A stretch of 64,000 bases of DNA from Candidatus Omnitrophota bacterium (lineage in GTDB: Bacteria; Omnitrophota; Gorgyraeia; Zapsychrales; Fredricksoniimonadaceae). The DNA is taken from contig JADFZK010000002.1 in assembly GCA_015232565.1 (NCBI GenBank), positions 57-64,056 of the forward strand. The letters are read 5' to 3'. The notes below the pieces were generated by a model. It was not told where the DNA came from, ran no database searches, and saw nothing but the letters and a program-made list of their open reading frames with translations. Both the position numbers and the translations under genes were made by a program. Positions 18,389-28,540 of the stretch are shown here, piece after piece (position 1 is the first letter of the stretch; every line of letters begins with the position of its first letter).

Positions 18389-19523
18389 CCAGCTCTTCGA
18401 CCACGATCCGGGCCGCACGCTGGCTGGCTCCCGGATTGCCGAGCCGGGTTCTTAACGCAGACAGTTCCCGGCGCATGGCTTGGGTTTTGTTCTGATCATT
18501 TAAAAGCGCAAGAACTTCTTTGGCTAACCGGTTTGGATTGGCGTCTTGTTGGATAAGTTCCGGAACTATCCGTTTACCTGCAATTATATTTACCAGCGAA
18601 ATATCACGTATCTTTATAACCAAACGTACAATAAGCGCGGTAAGCCAGGCGGTTTTGTAGACTACGACCATTGGTTTGCCCATGATCCCGGTCTCCAGCG
18701 TGGCAGTCCCCGAAGCTACAATACAGTAGTCGGTGATATTCAGCCCATTGTAATATTCTTTGGTGATCTGCAGGCCTTCCGGCGCCAGGGCAGAGTATTT
18801 ATTCAGGAGTTCATTACTGATCGTCTTGGCTTGTAAAAGGACGAATTGAGTCCGGGGATTGTTTTGGCGAATTAATTGGGCGGCTTTGTACATTAAAGGC
18901 AGAAGCCGGACGATCTCGTTTTTGCGTGAGCCGGGCAAAAGGCCGATAATGGTGACCTTGGGGTCGAGCTTAAGCTCCGACCTGAACGCGGCGCTTGAGC
19001 GATCAGCATGGACTTCGTCCAGTAAAGGATGGCCGACAAAATCGGCCGCATAATTATGTTTGGCATAAAAGTCTTTCTCGAACGGAAAAAGCACCAGCAT
19101 GCGGTCGACAACTTTCTTGATGAGCTTGACCCGGGACGCTTTCCAGGCCCATACCTGCGGGCTAACGTAATAGACTACTTTGATGCCCAGTTTCTTGAGT
19201 TCCACCGCCAGGCGCAGGTTAAAGCCCGGGTAATCCACTAAAATTGCCAGGTCGGGTTTCTCCGAACGGGCTTTTTGCACGGTGAGATCAAAAACTTTTT
19301 TGATCCGGGAAAAGTTCTTGATGACTTCCACAAAACCGATCACTGCCAGGTCGCGGATATCCGCGAAGGTCGCTACACCTTCCTGACGGCAACGGTCGCC
19401 GGCAATGCCGATAAAACGGGTTTGCTGGGCATAATGACCAATCGCCCGCACCAACGGAGCGGCACGCATATCGCCGGATTCTTCGCCAGTTACGATTAAT
19501 ATTTTAGCTGATCTATTTTCCAT
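18366..19523 (-). CDS. lpxB: Lipid-A-disaccharide synthase
   Basis: 'KILIVTGEESGD' N-terminus and overall GT19 length. Confidence 0.85.
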   Translation of the reverse strand: MENRSAKILIVTGEESGDMRAAPLVRAIGHYAQQTRFIGIAGDRCRQEGVATFADIRDLAVIGFVEVIKNFSRIKKVFDLTVQKARSEKPDLAILVDYPGFNLRLAVELKKLGIKVVYYVSPQVWAWKASRVKLIKKVVDRMLVLFPFEKDFYAKHNYAADFVGHPLLDEVHADRSSAAFRSELKLDPKVTIIGLLPGSRKNEIVRLLPLMYKAAQLIRQNNPRTQFVLLQAKTISNELLNKYSALAPEGLQITKEYYNGLNITDYCIVASGTATLETGIMGKPMVVVYKTAWLTALIVRLVIKIRDISLVNIIAGKRIVPELIQQDANPNRLAKEVLALLNDQNKTQAMRRELSALRTRLGNPGASQRAARIVVEELAKLRSGL

Positions 19524-19686
19524 ACCGCAATTTTACAGATTTTTCTGCCATTGTGCAGAATACTTTGAACTTTCTTGCTCCTAGGGTCTTAACAGCGGAC
19601 ACCAGCACTTAATCTCACCTTAATACTCCCTTCATAAACAACCGCTAAACTTGGATCAAATGTACAACCAAAACCAAGGAGGCGGT

Positions 19687-20982
19687 ATGCAGAGAAAGTT
19701 GTTGATGGTGTTTACAGCGCTGTGCGTTGTGGCAGGTCCTGGTGTGGGCTTTGCCGGGGAGGTGGATGTTTTGGTCCAGAAGCTGGTCGACAAAGGGATT
19801 CTGACTCCGTATGAAGCGCAAATAGTCCTGGATGATACCAAACAGGAAGTGGCCAAGCAAAATGCCAAGGGTACGAATGAGGCGATTCCGTCCTGGATCC
19901 AGACCGTTAAGATCAAGGGGGATTTGCGCGCGCGATATCAGATGGATTCCAGTAAGAATGCCAAAACCGAGAACCGTGGCCGGATGCGTATGCGCCTGGG
20001 GGTTGAGGCCAAGCCGAACGACAAGATGAAGGTCGGCATTGGACTGGCCTCGGGCAATACCGGTGATCCGCGTTCTACTAATAGTACCTGGGGCAAGGCT
20101 GTTACCGCAACTAATCCTGGCGGGACCGCGGGGTTAATCTTGGATTATGCTTATGGCGAATACCGGCCCATGCCCGAAGTGGCGCTGACTGCGGGAAAGT
20201 TCAAGCTGCCGCTGTGGCAACCCAACGATATGCTCTGGGATACCGATCTGAATCCTGACGGTCTGGCGGCACAATTAGACTTTGCTCCGGCGCAGGGCCT
20301 GGATGTTTACCTGAATAATTTGGTCTTCGTGATGATGGAAGATCGGAATTCAGATTATTCCGATCCGGTGATGTTGGCTGTTCAGCCTGGTTTTAAGTAT
20401 GCGATCACCGACTCTATCCTCTTGCAGGGCGCGCTGGCTTATTACCGGAACACTAATCTGGGTAACCGGGCCATCTTCAGTAACAGTTCCTACTCAACCA
20501 ATACCAGCGATGTGAAAGCAATAAATGGCGTATCTGCAACCAGGTATCGTTACAATTATGATGCCATCCAGCCTAGTGCCGAAATAGTTATCGATAGCCC
20601 TTTTGGCGAAAAGTCATTGCCTATGATAGCTTTTTCCGGTGATTACATTAATAACTTAAGTATGAACAAGGGGTTGAACGGCCGTGACGGTTGGGATGCC
20701 GCTGTTAAGTTTGGCGATAAGAAGGTAAGTGAAAAAGGCCAGTGGCAGTCAAAGTTGATCTATGCCCGTTTGGGCCGAGATGCTTTTCTGGATGTGTTCC
20801 CGGATTCAGATCGTTATGCCGGCAGGACCAATATGAAGAGTTATGAAGCAATTCTGGAATATGGCCTGGGAAAGAATACCTCGCTGGGACTGGATTACTA
20901 TTACGGAGAGTCTTTGAGCAGATCCGGGGCTACTACCAATCCGGCCCAGGTATTCCAACTGGACTGGAACTTAAAGTTTTAA
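19687..20982 (+). CDS. Putative outer-membrane porin, possibly phosphate-selective (OprO/OprP-like)
   Basis: GGAGG RBS; signal peptide 'LLMVFTALCVVAGPGVGFA'; beta-rich alternating pattern and a C-terminal aromatic residue ('WNLKF'); located directly upstream of pstS behind CTTAAT direct repeats. Confidence 0.45.
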   Translation: MQRKLLMVFTALCVVAGPGVGFAGEVDVLVQKLVDKGILTPYEAQIVLDDTKQEVAKQNAKGTNEAIPSWIQTVKIKGDLRARYQMDSSKNAKTENRGRMRMRLGVEAKPNDKMKVGIGLASGNTGDPRSTNSTWGKAVTATNPGGTAGLILDYAYGEYRPMPEVALTAGKFKLPLWQPNDMLWDTDLNPDGLAAQLDFAPAQGLDVYLNNLVFVMMEDRNSDYSDPVMLAVQPGFKYAITDSILLQGALAYYRNTNLGNRAIFSNSSYSTNTSDVKAINGVSATRYRYNYDAIQPSAEIVIDSPFGEKSLPMIAFSGDYINNLSMNKGLNGRDGWDAAVKFGDKKVSEKGQWQSKLIYARLGRDAFLDVFPDSDRYAGRTNMKSYEAILEYGLGKNTSLGLDYYYGESLSRSGATTNPAQVFQLDWNLKF

Positions 20983-21002
20983 GTCTTGGCCATTACTTAA
21001 TG

Positions 21003-21039
21003 TGTTCTTAACCTGTTCTTAACAATCGAGCACTATACT
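21003..21039 (+). promoter_or_regulatory. Pho-box-like direct repeat (TGTTCTTAAC x2, 11-bp period) plus -10 TATACT upstream of pstS
   Basis: Exact 10-bp direct repeat at 21003-21012 and 21014-21023, followed 10 nt later by TATACT (21034-21039), about 22 nt before the pstS ATG. Confidence 0.55.
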
Positions 21040-21060
21040 TAGAAAAAAAAGGGAGAAAAA

Positions 21061-21933
21061 ATGAAAACGACTCTGCTGTTCACGATGTTTCTTGCCAGCT
21101 TTCTTATTGGCGTGGTTCCTGCTAATGCGGCCATGATCCAGGTAAAAGGTTCGGACACAATCATTAATCTGGTACAAAAAGAGGCCGAAGTTTTTATGCA
21201 GGCCGATCCATCTGCCAAGATCGCGGTGACCGGGGGCGGCTCCGGCACGGGGATCGCGGCTTTGATAAATGGCAAATGCGACATTGCCAATTCTTCCCGT
21301 ACGATCAATGCGAAAGAGATCGAGACCGCTTTGGCCAATAATGTTTCTCCGGTCCGGATCGTAATAGCTATTGATGGGTTAAGCGTGGTGGTGCATTCTA
21401 CCAATAGTGTGTCCAAGCTTACTATGGACCAGATCGGCGCGATCTATCGCGGCGAGATCAAGAATTGGTCCGAAGTGGGTGGTGCTAATATGCCGATCTC
21501 CCTATATGGCCGGCAGTCAAACTCGGGCACCTACGGGTTCTTCCGGGAAATGGTGCTAAAAGGGGAGTATGCCCAATCGATGAAAAGTATGAATGGCAGT
21601 TCGCAGATCGCGGAAGCGGTTAAATCGGATCCCTCTGGTATCGGGTATGTGGGGGTGGGTTATGCTAAAGCGGCGGCAGGCTTAACTGTGGTGTCGGTGG
21701 CTGCTAATGCTGGTTCGGCCTATGAAAGCCCGCTGGATGAAACGGCAGTCGATAACGGGAAGTATCCGATCGCGCGTCCTTTATACCAGTATGTAAATGG
21801 CACGCCCACTGGCAAAGTAAAGGATCTGATCGCGTTCGAGTTAAGCGCGCAGGGCCAGCAGATCGTAGCCGAAGAAGGCTTCTTTGTAATTACTTCCGAG
21901 TACAAGGCTGGTAATGCTAAAGCTGGTTTCTAG
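21061..21933 (+). CDS. pstS: Phosphate ABC transporter substrate-binding protein
   Basis: Signal peptide; 'GSDTII', 'GGGSGTG', 'CDIANSSR' PstS-family motifs. Confidence 0.85.
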   Translation: MKTTLLFTMFLASFLIGVVPANAAMIQVKGSDTIINLVQKEAEVFMQADPSAKIAVTGGGSGTGIAALINGKCDIANSSRTINAKEIETALANNVSPVRIVIAIDGLSVVVHSTNSVSKLTMDQIGAIYRGEIKNWSEVGGANMPISLYGRQSNSGTYGFFREMVLKGEYAQSMKSMNGSSQIAEAVKSDPSGIGYVGVGYAKAAAGLTVVSVAANAGSAYESPLDETAVDNGKYPIARPLYQYVNGTPTGKVKDLIAFELSAQGQQIVAEEGFFVITSEYKAGNAKAGF

Positions 21934-21948
21934 TCTCTTTCGATAATT

Positions 21949-22833
21949 ATGAAAATAAAACGCATTAAAGAGAAAGTAGTCGAGGGCCTGTTCTTCCTTA
22001 ACGGGCTGATCGTAATTATTATCCTGGCCGGGATATTTCTGCTTCTATTAAAGAATGCCCTGCCGGGTCTAAAAGAAATTGGCCTGATGGAATTCCTGGC
22101 TACCGGGTATTGGAATCCGGATGCCTATGGTAAGGCGACGTATGGCGCTTTATCCATGTTGGTTAGTACCGGGATGGTCACTATTGGCTCGTTATTGATC
22201 GCGGTCCCGCTGGGGATCGGCACTGCCGCTTATTTATCGGATGTGGCCAGTCCCAGGGTCAGAGAGATCGCCAAACCGGTGGTCGAGATTCTTGCCGGTA
22301 TACCGTCGGTGGTATTAGGTTTCCTGGGCATTGTCCTGGTTGGTCCACTGTTGGCCAAATTAACCGGAACTTATAATGGCCTTAATGCCATTAATGGTTC
22401 CATATTGCTGGCGGTCATGGCTTTACCGACCATTATCAGTTTGTCGGAAGACGCCTTGAATAGTGTGCCGCGTTCTTATGCGGAAGCCTCGCTGGCTTTG
22501 GGCGCTAATAAATGGCAGACAGTCACCCAGGTAAAAGTGCCCGCGGCGGCCTCTGGTATAGTGGCGGCTTGTATGCTGGGTATGGGGCGGGCGATCGGCG
22601 AGACCATGACGGTGCTCATGGCCACCGGCAATGCCGCCCAGTTCCCAACAGGATTCCTTTCTTCAGTTAAAACGATGACTTCAACCATTGCTATTGAGTT
22701 GGGCGAAGTGGCCTATTTTACCACTCATTTTTATATGCTTTTCTCGGTGGGGTTGGTGTTGTTTCTGATAACTTTTGTTATTAATTTGATCTCCGATATC
22801 GTATTCAATAAACATATGAAGATGCTCAAATGA
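21949..22833 (+). CDS. pstC: Phosphate ABC transporter permease PstC
   Basis: Polytopic permease with 'EAS(L)ALGA..WQT' EAA-loop motif; first permease of the pair. Confidence 0.85.
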   Translation: MKIKRIKEKVVEGLFFLNGLIVIIILAGIFLLLLKNALPGLKEIGLMEFLATGYWNPDAYGKATYGALSMLVSTGMVTIGSLLIAVPLGIGTAAYLSDVASPRVREIAKPVVEILAGIPSVVLGFLGIVLVGPLLAKLTGTYNGLNAINGSILLAVMALPTIISLSEDALNSVPRSYAEASLALGANKWQTVTQVKVPAAASGIVAACMLGMGRAIGETMTVLMATGNAAQFPTGFLSSVKTMTSTIAIELGEVAYFTTHFYMLFSVGLVLFLITFVINLISDIVFNKHMKMLK

Positions 22834-23684
22834 AGATCAAACAATTAAAGGAAGTGCTGGGATTTCTGGCCTTGCGATTATGCATGGTGCTGGTAATGGC
22901 TATTCTGGTAGTGGTCTTCTGGGACATCGTTACTAAAGGCGGCGGGGCAGTATCCTGGGAGTTGCTGACTCAGCCACCCAAAGACGGCATGACTAAAGGA
23001 GGCATATTCCCGGCGATCGTAGGCACTTTACTGGTTACGTTAATGACGGCTCTTTTGGCGGTGCCTTTGGGCATGGGTTGTGCTATGTATCTCAATGAAT
23101 ATGCCCTGGATTGTAAATTCACCCGATTTATTCGGATGTCGATCCGCAACCTTTCGGGTGTGCCTTCGATAGTATACGGTTTGTTTGGCGTGGCCTTATT
23201 CGTTGAGGCTTGTAATTTTGGGACTTCTATTTTGTCGGCGGGTTGTACTTTGGGGTTGATGACTTTGCCTCTTACGATCACCGCCAGTGAAGAAGCGCTT
23301 AAAGCCGTGCCGCGTTCCTATCGCGAAGGGGCACTGGCTTTAGGGGCCACAAAATGGCAGTCGATACGCACCAATGTTTTGCCTTACGCTGTTTCCGGCA
23401 TGTTGACCGGAACCATACTGGGCCTTTCGCGGGCGGCAGGCGAGACCGCGCCCATTCTGTTTACCGGAGCGGCGTTCTTCCTGCCGGACCTGCCGGGGTC
23501 ATTGTTAAGCCAGTTCATGGCCTTGCCGTATCATTTGTACATACTGTCTACCCAGCATCACGATACTGCTTTGGTCCGTCCGCTCGCTTATGGAACGGCT
23601 TTGGTCTTGCTGATCCTGATCTTTATTATGAATCTATTCGCGATAATATTGCGATCCCGGTTAAGGCAAATGAAAAAGGAGTAA
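22830..23684 (+). CDS. pstA: Phosphate ABC transporter permease PstA
   Basis: Second permease with '[12 protein letters not shown]' EAA loop; ATGA coupling. Confidence 0.85.
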   Translation: MKIKQLKEVLGFLALRLCMVLVMAILVVVFWDIVTKGGGAVSWELLTQPPKDGMTKGGIFPAIVGTLLVTLMTALLAVPLGMGCAMYLNEYALDCKFTRFIRMSIRNLSGVPSIVYGLFGVALFVEACNFGTSILSAGCTLGLMTLPLTITASEEALKAVPRSYREGALALGATKWQSIRTNVLPYAVSGMLTGTILGLSRAAGETAPILFTGAAFFLPDLPGSLLSQFMALPYHLYILSTQHHDTALVRPLAYGTALVLLILIFIMNLFAIILRSRLRQMKKE

Positions 23685-23688
23685 AATT

Positions 23689-24453
23689 GTGCCGTTAGCA
23701 AAAGTTAAGATAAAGATCAGTGATTTCAACTTTTATTATGGCCAGGTTAAGGTCATAAAGGGAGTATCGGTTGAAATGCTGGCCAAAAATGTAACCAGCA
23801 TAATCGGTCCGTCGGGTTGCGGTAAGTCTACTTTGTTACGTTGTTTTAACCGGATGAATGACCTGATTCCCGGAGCGCGCGCCGAAGGGCGGGCCGAGAT
23901 CGAAGGCGTGGATATTCTTGGCCCTCAGGTCGACGTTGTAGAACTGCGCAAACGGGTCGGTATGGTGTTCCAGAAGCCGAATCCATTTCCAAAATCCATA
24001 TTTGATAATGTGGCTTATGGCTTGCGGGTAAACGATATTACGGATCGTCTGATCATTGAGAAAAGGGTAGAACAAAGTTTGCGCTCGGCTGCCTTGTGGG
24101 ATGAAGTGAAAGACCGCTTGAAAGACAATGCGCTTAATCTTTCCGGCGGCCAGCAACAACGTTTGTGCGTGGCACGCGCCTTGGCGGTGGAGCCCGAGAT
24201 CCTGTTAATGGATGAACCGGCTTCGGCTTTGGACCCCATTGCGACCGCCCGTATAGAAGAGCTAATTGTGGAGTTGAAAAAGCATTATACAATTGTAATT
24301 GTGACCCATAATATGCAGCAAGCCGCGCGTATTTCTGATCATACCGCGTTTTTGATGCAGGGCGAGCTGGTGGAATATGGCAAGACGTCGGATATATTTA
24401 CCAAGCCAAGGAAGAAATTAACTGAAGATTACATCACCGGCCGGTTCGGCTAA
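23689..24453 (+). CDS. pstB: Phosphate ABC transporter ATP-binding protein
   Basis: Walker A 'GPSGCGKST', signature '[14 protein letters not shown]', Walker B 'LLMDEP'. Confidence 0.9.
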   Translation: MPLAKVKIKISDFNFYYGQVKVIKGVSVEMLAKNVTSIIGPSGCGKSTLLRCFNRMNDLIPGARAEGRAEIEGVDILGPQVDVVELRKRVGMVFQKPNPFPKSIFDNVAYGLRVNDITDRLIIEKRVEQSLRSAALWDEVKDRLKDNALNLSGGQQQRLCVARALAVEPEILLMDEPASALDPIATARIEELIVELKKHYTIVIVTHNMQQAARISDHTAFLMQGELVEYGKTSDIFTKPRKKLTEDYITGRFG

Positions 24454-24483
24454 CGGTATTAATCTTAAACGGAGAATGATCTT

Positions 24484-25176
24484 ATGAAGCGGCATTTTGA
24501 CGACGATTTACAGGCTTTTCATTCCAATTTGCTTAAGATGGCAAATATGACAGAGCGGTCAATTAATGCCGCGCTGGATGCTTTGCACAGTCGGGATGCT
24601 GCGCGGGCGCAGAAGGCGATTCGGGGAGATAATCGTATTGATACCATGGAGCTAATTATTGAAGAGCAGGGCATTGATCTGCTGGCCCTTCATCAGCCTA
24701 TGGCCAGTGATCTGCGGATGATAACGACCGGCCTTAAGATAAACTCCGAACTGGAGCGGATCGCCGATCTGGGCGTTAATATCTGCCAGCGGGTTATTGA
24801 GATCGTGGAACAACCTATCCTCAAGCCTTTGATCGATATCCCGTTATTGGCCGAACAGGCCAAATCAATGGTCCGTCAGGCCATTGATTCTTTCGTTAAT
24901 AAAGATGAAGAATTGGCTAAAAAAGTAATTTTAATGGATAATGAAGCCGATCGTTTGAAGAAAGTTATTCAAAGTGACCTGCTGAATGATTATATTGTTA
25001 AGGATGGTTCAACTGCGCCCCGGGCGGTGCCATTAATTCTGGTAGCTCGTGATCTGGAGCGTATTTGCGATCATGCTACGTATATTGCCGAGGATGTAAT
25101 ATTTATGATCGACGCGACGGTGGTAAAGCATCATCGTGACCGTTTACTGACCAAAGCAGTGGAGCAAAATGATTAA
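24484..25176 (+). CDS. phoU: Phosphate signalling complex protein PhoU
   Basis: Two PhoU repeats with 'ERIADL' and 'LERICDHATYIAEDV' motifs. Confidence 0.85.
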   Translation: MKRHFDDDLQAFHSNLLKMANMTERSINAALDALHSRDAARAQKAIRGDNRIDTMELIIEEQGIDLLALHQPMASDLRMITTGLKINSELERIADLGVNICQRVIEIVEQPILKPLIDIPLLAEQAKSMVRQAIDSFVNKDEELAKKVILMDNEADRLKKVIQSDLLNDYIVKDGSTAPRAVPLILVARDLERICDHATYIAEDVIFMIDATVVKHHRDRLLTKAVEQND

Positions 25177-25864
25177 AAAAAGTGTGGTTGTAATCGAGGA
25201 CGATCAAAGTATTAACGAACTGATCCGCTTTAACCTGGAGAAGGATGGTTTCCTGGCTGAAGGATTGGCCAATGGGCTGGATGCGGTGAGCTTTATTGAA
25301 CAGCGCCTGCCGGCTTTGATCCTGCTGGATATCATGCTTCCCGGGCTCGACGGCTTTGAAGTGTGCCGGCGTTTGAAGAATAATGATAAGACCGCTCACA
25401 TCCCGGTAATTATGATCACCGCCCGCGGCACTGAAGTGGATGTGGTAAGAGGCTTGCAACTTGGTGCGGAAGATTACGTGGTTAAGCCTTTCAGCCCGCA
25501 AGTCCTGCTGGCGCGCGTGCGCGCTGTTTTACGCCGGGTCACTAGCGCTTCCGGACTGCACACTGGCGACCGGCGGATAATTGGCGACCTGGTTTTAGAC
25601 ACTGACAAGCATAAAGTCACCTGTAAGAACGAGGTGCTGGAAGTTACCGCCCTCGAGTTTTCTATCCTGGAATTCCTTTCCCGTTCACCCGGCCGGGTTT
25701 ATACCCGCGATCAGATGCTGGAGAATATCTGGAAAGAAGGCCGTTTCATTGTGGACCGGGCGGTGGATGTTCATGTGCGGAATTTACGCAAGAAGATGGG
25801 CGACGCCCAGGATCATATTGAAACTGTGCGTGGGGTAGGTTATCGGTTTAAGGAGATCGACTGA
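25169..25864 (+). CDS. phoB: OmpR/PhoB-family response regulator
   Basis: Receiver domain ('VVVIEDD', 'LILLDIMLPGLDG') plus a winged-helix domain ('VDVHVRNLRKK', 'TVRGVGYRF'). Confidence 0.8.
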   Translation: MIKKSVVVIEDDQSINELIRFNLEKDGFLAEGLANGLDAVSFIEQRLPALILLDIMLPGLDGFEVCRRLKNNDKTAHIPVIMITARGTEVDVVRGLQLGAEDYVVKPFSPQVLLARVRAVLRRVTSASGLHTGDRRIIGDLVLDTDKHKVTCKNEVLEVTALEFSILEFLSRSPGRVYTRDQMLENIWKEGRFIVDRAVDVHVRNLRKKMGDAQDHIETVRGVGYRFKEID

Positions 25865-25868
25865 GCCT

Positions 25869-27236
25869 ATGTTCAGGGAGCGGTTAAAACTATTCCTGTT
25901 GGTCTTTCTTATTGAAAGTGCCAGTTTTTTCATTGTTGCGCTTTGGTTTCATCCTTCCGTTCGGCCGGCTTTACCACTCTGGATCTCGGTTGCAGTGCTA
26001 GGATCTATTCTGGTGGCTTTAATGATCCATACCCGGTATTTGCGACCTTTAGACCGTTTGGCGGTTAAGGTGGCTCATGTCACACAAGGCCCGGTAACTT
26101 TTGCCGAAGGTAATTTACGCCGTGATGAACTGGGGGTCCTGGCTCGCCGCCTTAATGATATGGCCGAGGAATTCCGTAAGGAAGTCGAAAATGCCATTGG
26201 CGAGAAAGAAGAAGTGCGTGCGGTCATTACCAGTATGTCGGAGGGCGTTCTGGTTATCGGAGCCGATAAACGCATTTTACACGCCAGTCATCCGGTGATC
26301 CGTATGCTTGACCTGCGGGCGGGTAATCCGTACGGACGTTTTTATTGGGAAGTTTTGCGCCAGGAAGAGGTGGTTGCGGTTATCGAGTCCGCTTTGCAAT
26401 CCCGCGTAACCATCAGCCGGGAACTGGTGTCGTTAACCGAGGGGGCGTCTTTTAGTATGCACGCCGCTCCGGTTTTTGCGGCGGCCGAAAGATTGCATAG
26501 TGTGGTGGTGATCTTTCATGATATCTCGGCGATAAAGAAATTTGACCGTATGCGCGCCGAGTTCGTGGCCAATGTTTCGCATGAACTTAAAACTCCGCTT
26601 ACGTCTATTAAAGGCTTCGCGGAAACCTTAAAGTCGGGCGGGATCGATGACCCGGCAGTTGCCGTTCGTTTTCTGGGTATTATTGAAACACAAGCGCTGC
26701 GCCTGGAGAAACTGGTCTCCGATATTCTGTTCCTGTCGGCCATAGAAGCCCAGGAGTCGGCGGGTGAATTGCCAGCCCGGGAACCGGTATCTTTAGCAAC
26801 AATCATAGACGATGTCCTGGAAGCCCAGCGGGGGCAGATCCAAGCTCGCGGGCATGCCTTAACCAGGCTCATTCCAAATAATACTCCGCAAGTTCAAGGC
26901 GATCGGATACAGCTTGAGCAGGTTTTCTCCAATCTTATTAGTAATGCTATCAAGTTTACTCCGCCTAATGGAACTATTACTATTGAGGCGGTTGAAGAAA
27001 AGGGCCAGGTGCGGATCGATATAAAGGATACCGGCATTGGCATTCCGCCGGAACATACTGGACGATTATTTGAACGTTTTTACCGGGTAGATAAAGCCCG
27101 CTCGCAGGAAATGGGCGGCACCGGTCTGGGGTTAGCAATAGTTAAGCATATAGTGGCTTTACACGGAGGTAGTGTTTCGGTTAAAAGTACACCATCTGTG
27201 GGAACGGTCTTTTCGGTTTTTCTCCCCAGGCTTTAA
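25869..27236 (+). CDS. phoR: PhoR-like sensor histidine kinase
   Basis: TM helices, HAMP/PAS region, H-box 'ANVSHELKTPLTSI', HATPase 'GGTGLGLAIVKHIV'. Confidence 0.8.
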   Translation: MFRERLKLFLLVFLIESASFFIVALWFHPSVRPALPLWISVAVLGSILVALMIHTRYLRPLDRLAVKVAHVTQGPVTFAEGNLRRDELGVLARRLNDMAEEFRKEVENAIGEKEEVRAVITSMSEGVLVIGADKRILHASHPVIRMLDLRAGNPYGRFYWEVLRQEEVVAVIESALQSRVTISRELVSLTEGASFSMHAAPVFAAAERLHSVVVIFHDISAIKKFDRMRAEFVANVSHELKTPLTSIKGFAETLKSGGIDDPAVAVRFLGIIETQALRLEKLVSDILFLSAIEAQESAGELPAREPVSLATIIDDVLEAQRGQIQARGHALTRLIPNNTPQVQGDRIQLEQVFSNLISNAIKFTPPNGTITIEAVEEKGQVRIDIKDTGIGIPPEHTGRLFERFYRVDKARSQEMGGTGLGLAIVKHIVALHGGSVSVKSTPSVGTVFSVFLPRL

Positions 27237-27288
27237 TTTACCCTGTTTTCCGGCGCTTAATTAAACATAAATATTACACGACATTACT

Positions 27289-27447
27289 ATGAAAACTTCC
27301 TGCCAAAGCTGTCAGAACTGGACCCGTAAGAACGCCAACACCGGCTGGTGCGCCAATTTCAAGAAAGAGATCGTCAGTACAGTATATTGCGGTGAATGGC
27401 GTGCCAGGGTAGCCGCTTTAGTTCCTAAGGAATCTCAATTGTTTTAG
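27289..27447 (+). CDS. Small Cys-rich hypothetical protein (52 aa; putative zinc ribbon)
   Basis: ORF MKTSCQSCQNWTRKNANTGWCANFKKEIVSTVYCGEWRARVAALVPKESQLF with CxxC...C...C spacing; below the 60-aa cutoff of the supplied ORF track; no strong RBS. Confidence 0.3.
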   Translation: MKTSCQSCQNWTRKNANTGWCANFKKEIVSTVYCGEWRARVAALVPKESQLF

Positions 27448-27492
27448 CAGAGCAGTTGAATTAATTTTCGAGTTGGTATATAGTACCGAGCT

Positions 27493-28539
27493 ATGACAGC
27501 CCAGGAATTGTATGACAAACTCAAGAATATTCGCGTTGGCGGCAATGTTTGCCAGTATTCGCTTAAGAAATGCACCGAGCTGGCGCCTTTGGTCAACGAG
27601 ATAAATCGCCTCAAAGCCGAGCGGAATGCGGTCGTGCTTGCGCATTCTTATGTTGCGCCCGAGATCGTTTATGGGGTGGCCGATTTTGTGGGCGATTCCT
27701 ATAAACTCAGTCGTGACGCTATTAACACGGATGCCCAGGTGATCATTTTTGTGGCCGTCCGTTTTATGGGCGAAACGGCCAAGATCCTTAATCCCGCCAA
27801 AATAGTTATCGTGCCGGCCCGTGATCCGGGCTGTACTCTGGCCGATTCAATAACGGCCGCCGATGTGCGTAAACTGCGTACAGAATATCCCGACCACGCT
27901 TTTGTTTGTTATGTAAATACCAGTGTGGAGGTGAAAGCTGAGTGTGATGTTTGCGTTACCTCGGCCAATGTCTATGAGATTGTCGAGAAGTTTCCGGCGG
28001 ACAAGATCTATTTTCTTCCCGACAAGTTCATGGGCATTAATCTGGTGAATGAAATGCAACGCCGCAAAAGTCCCAAGCAGGTGCGTTTCTGGTCGGGCAG
28101 TTGTTATGTGCACGAGGAATATACCGCGGAACAGGTGTTCAAGATCCGCACCGAATATCCCGATGCCCGAATAGTGAGCCATCCGGAATGTAATGCGCAA
28201 GTGGTGGCTAATTCTGATTTTGTTGGCGGTACTGAACAGATGCTTGATTATATGAGAAAAAGCACTGCCCGGCAGTTCTTGATGCTTACCGAATGCGGCC
28301 TTTCGGCCCGTTTGCAATCCGAATTCCCCGACAAAGACCTGGTAGGCAGTTGTACTTTGTGCAAATATATGAAATCGAATTCGCTCGAGGATGTCCTTTT
28401 GGCTTTAAAGTCGCCGACCGCCGGACAGATCGTGACTATTGCCGAACCCATAAGGCTTAAAGCCCTGAAGTCTTTGGAAGCGATGTTTCAATATACGCAG
28501 GGAGTTAAATCGGCACCAGTAAAAGTTTCTTGCGAATAA
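27493..28539 (+). CDS. nadA: Quinolinate synthase
   Basis: 'VLAHSYV', 'FMGETAKIL' and 'ECGLS' NadA conserved segments; about 348 aa. Confidence 0.8.
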   Translation: MTAQELYDKLKNIRVGGNVCQYSLKKCTELAPLVNEINRLKAERNAVVLAHSYVAPEIVYGVADFVGDSYKLSRDAINTDAQVIIFVAVRFMGETAKILNPAKIVIVPARDPGCTLADSITAADVRKLRTEYPDHAFVCYVNTSVEVKAECDVCVTSANVYEIVEKFPADKIYFLPDKFMGINLVNEMQRRKSPKQVRFWSGSCYVHEEYTAEQVFKIRTEYPDARIVSHPECNAQVVANSDFVGGTEQMLDYMRKSTARQFLMLTECGLSARLQSEFPDKDLVGSCTLCKYMKSNSLEDVLLALKSPTAGQIVTIAEPIRLKALKSLEAMFQYTQGVKSAPVKVSCE

Positions 28540-28540
28540 A

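Noticed and set aside
19524-19686. CTGCCATTGTGCAG near-palindrome in the lpxB/porin divergent spacer as a regulator operator
   Set aside because: Only the outer 4 bp are truly complementary and the centre is not palindromic. The CTTAAT direct repeats are the better-supported regulatory signal in this spacer.
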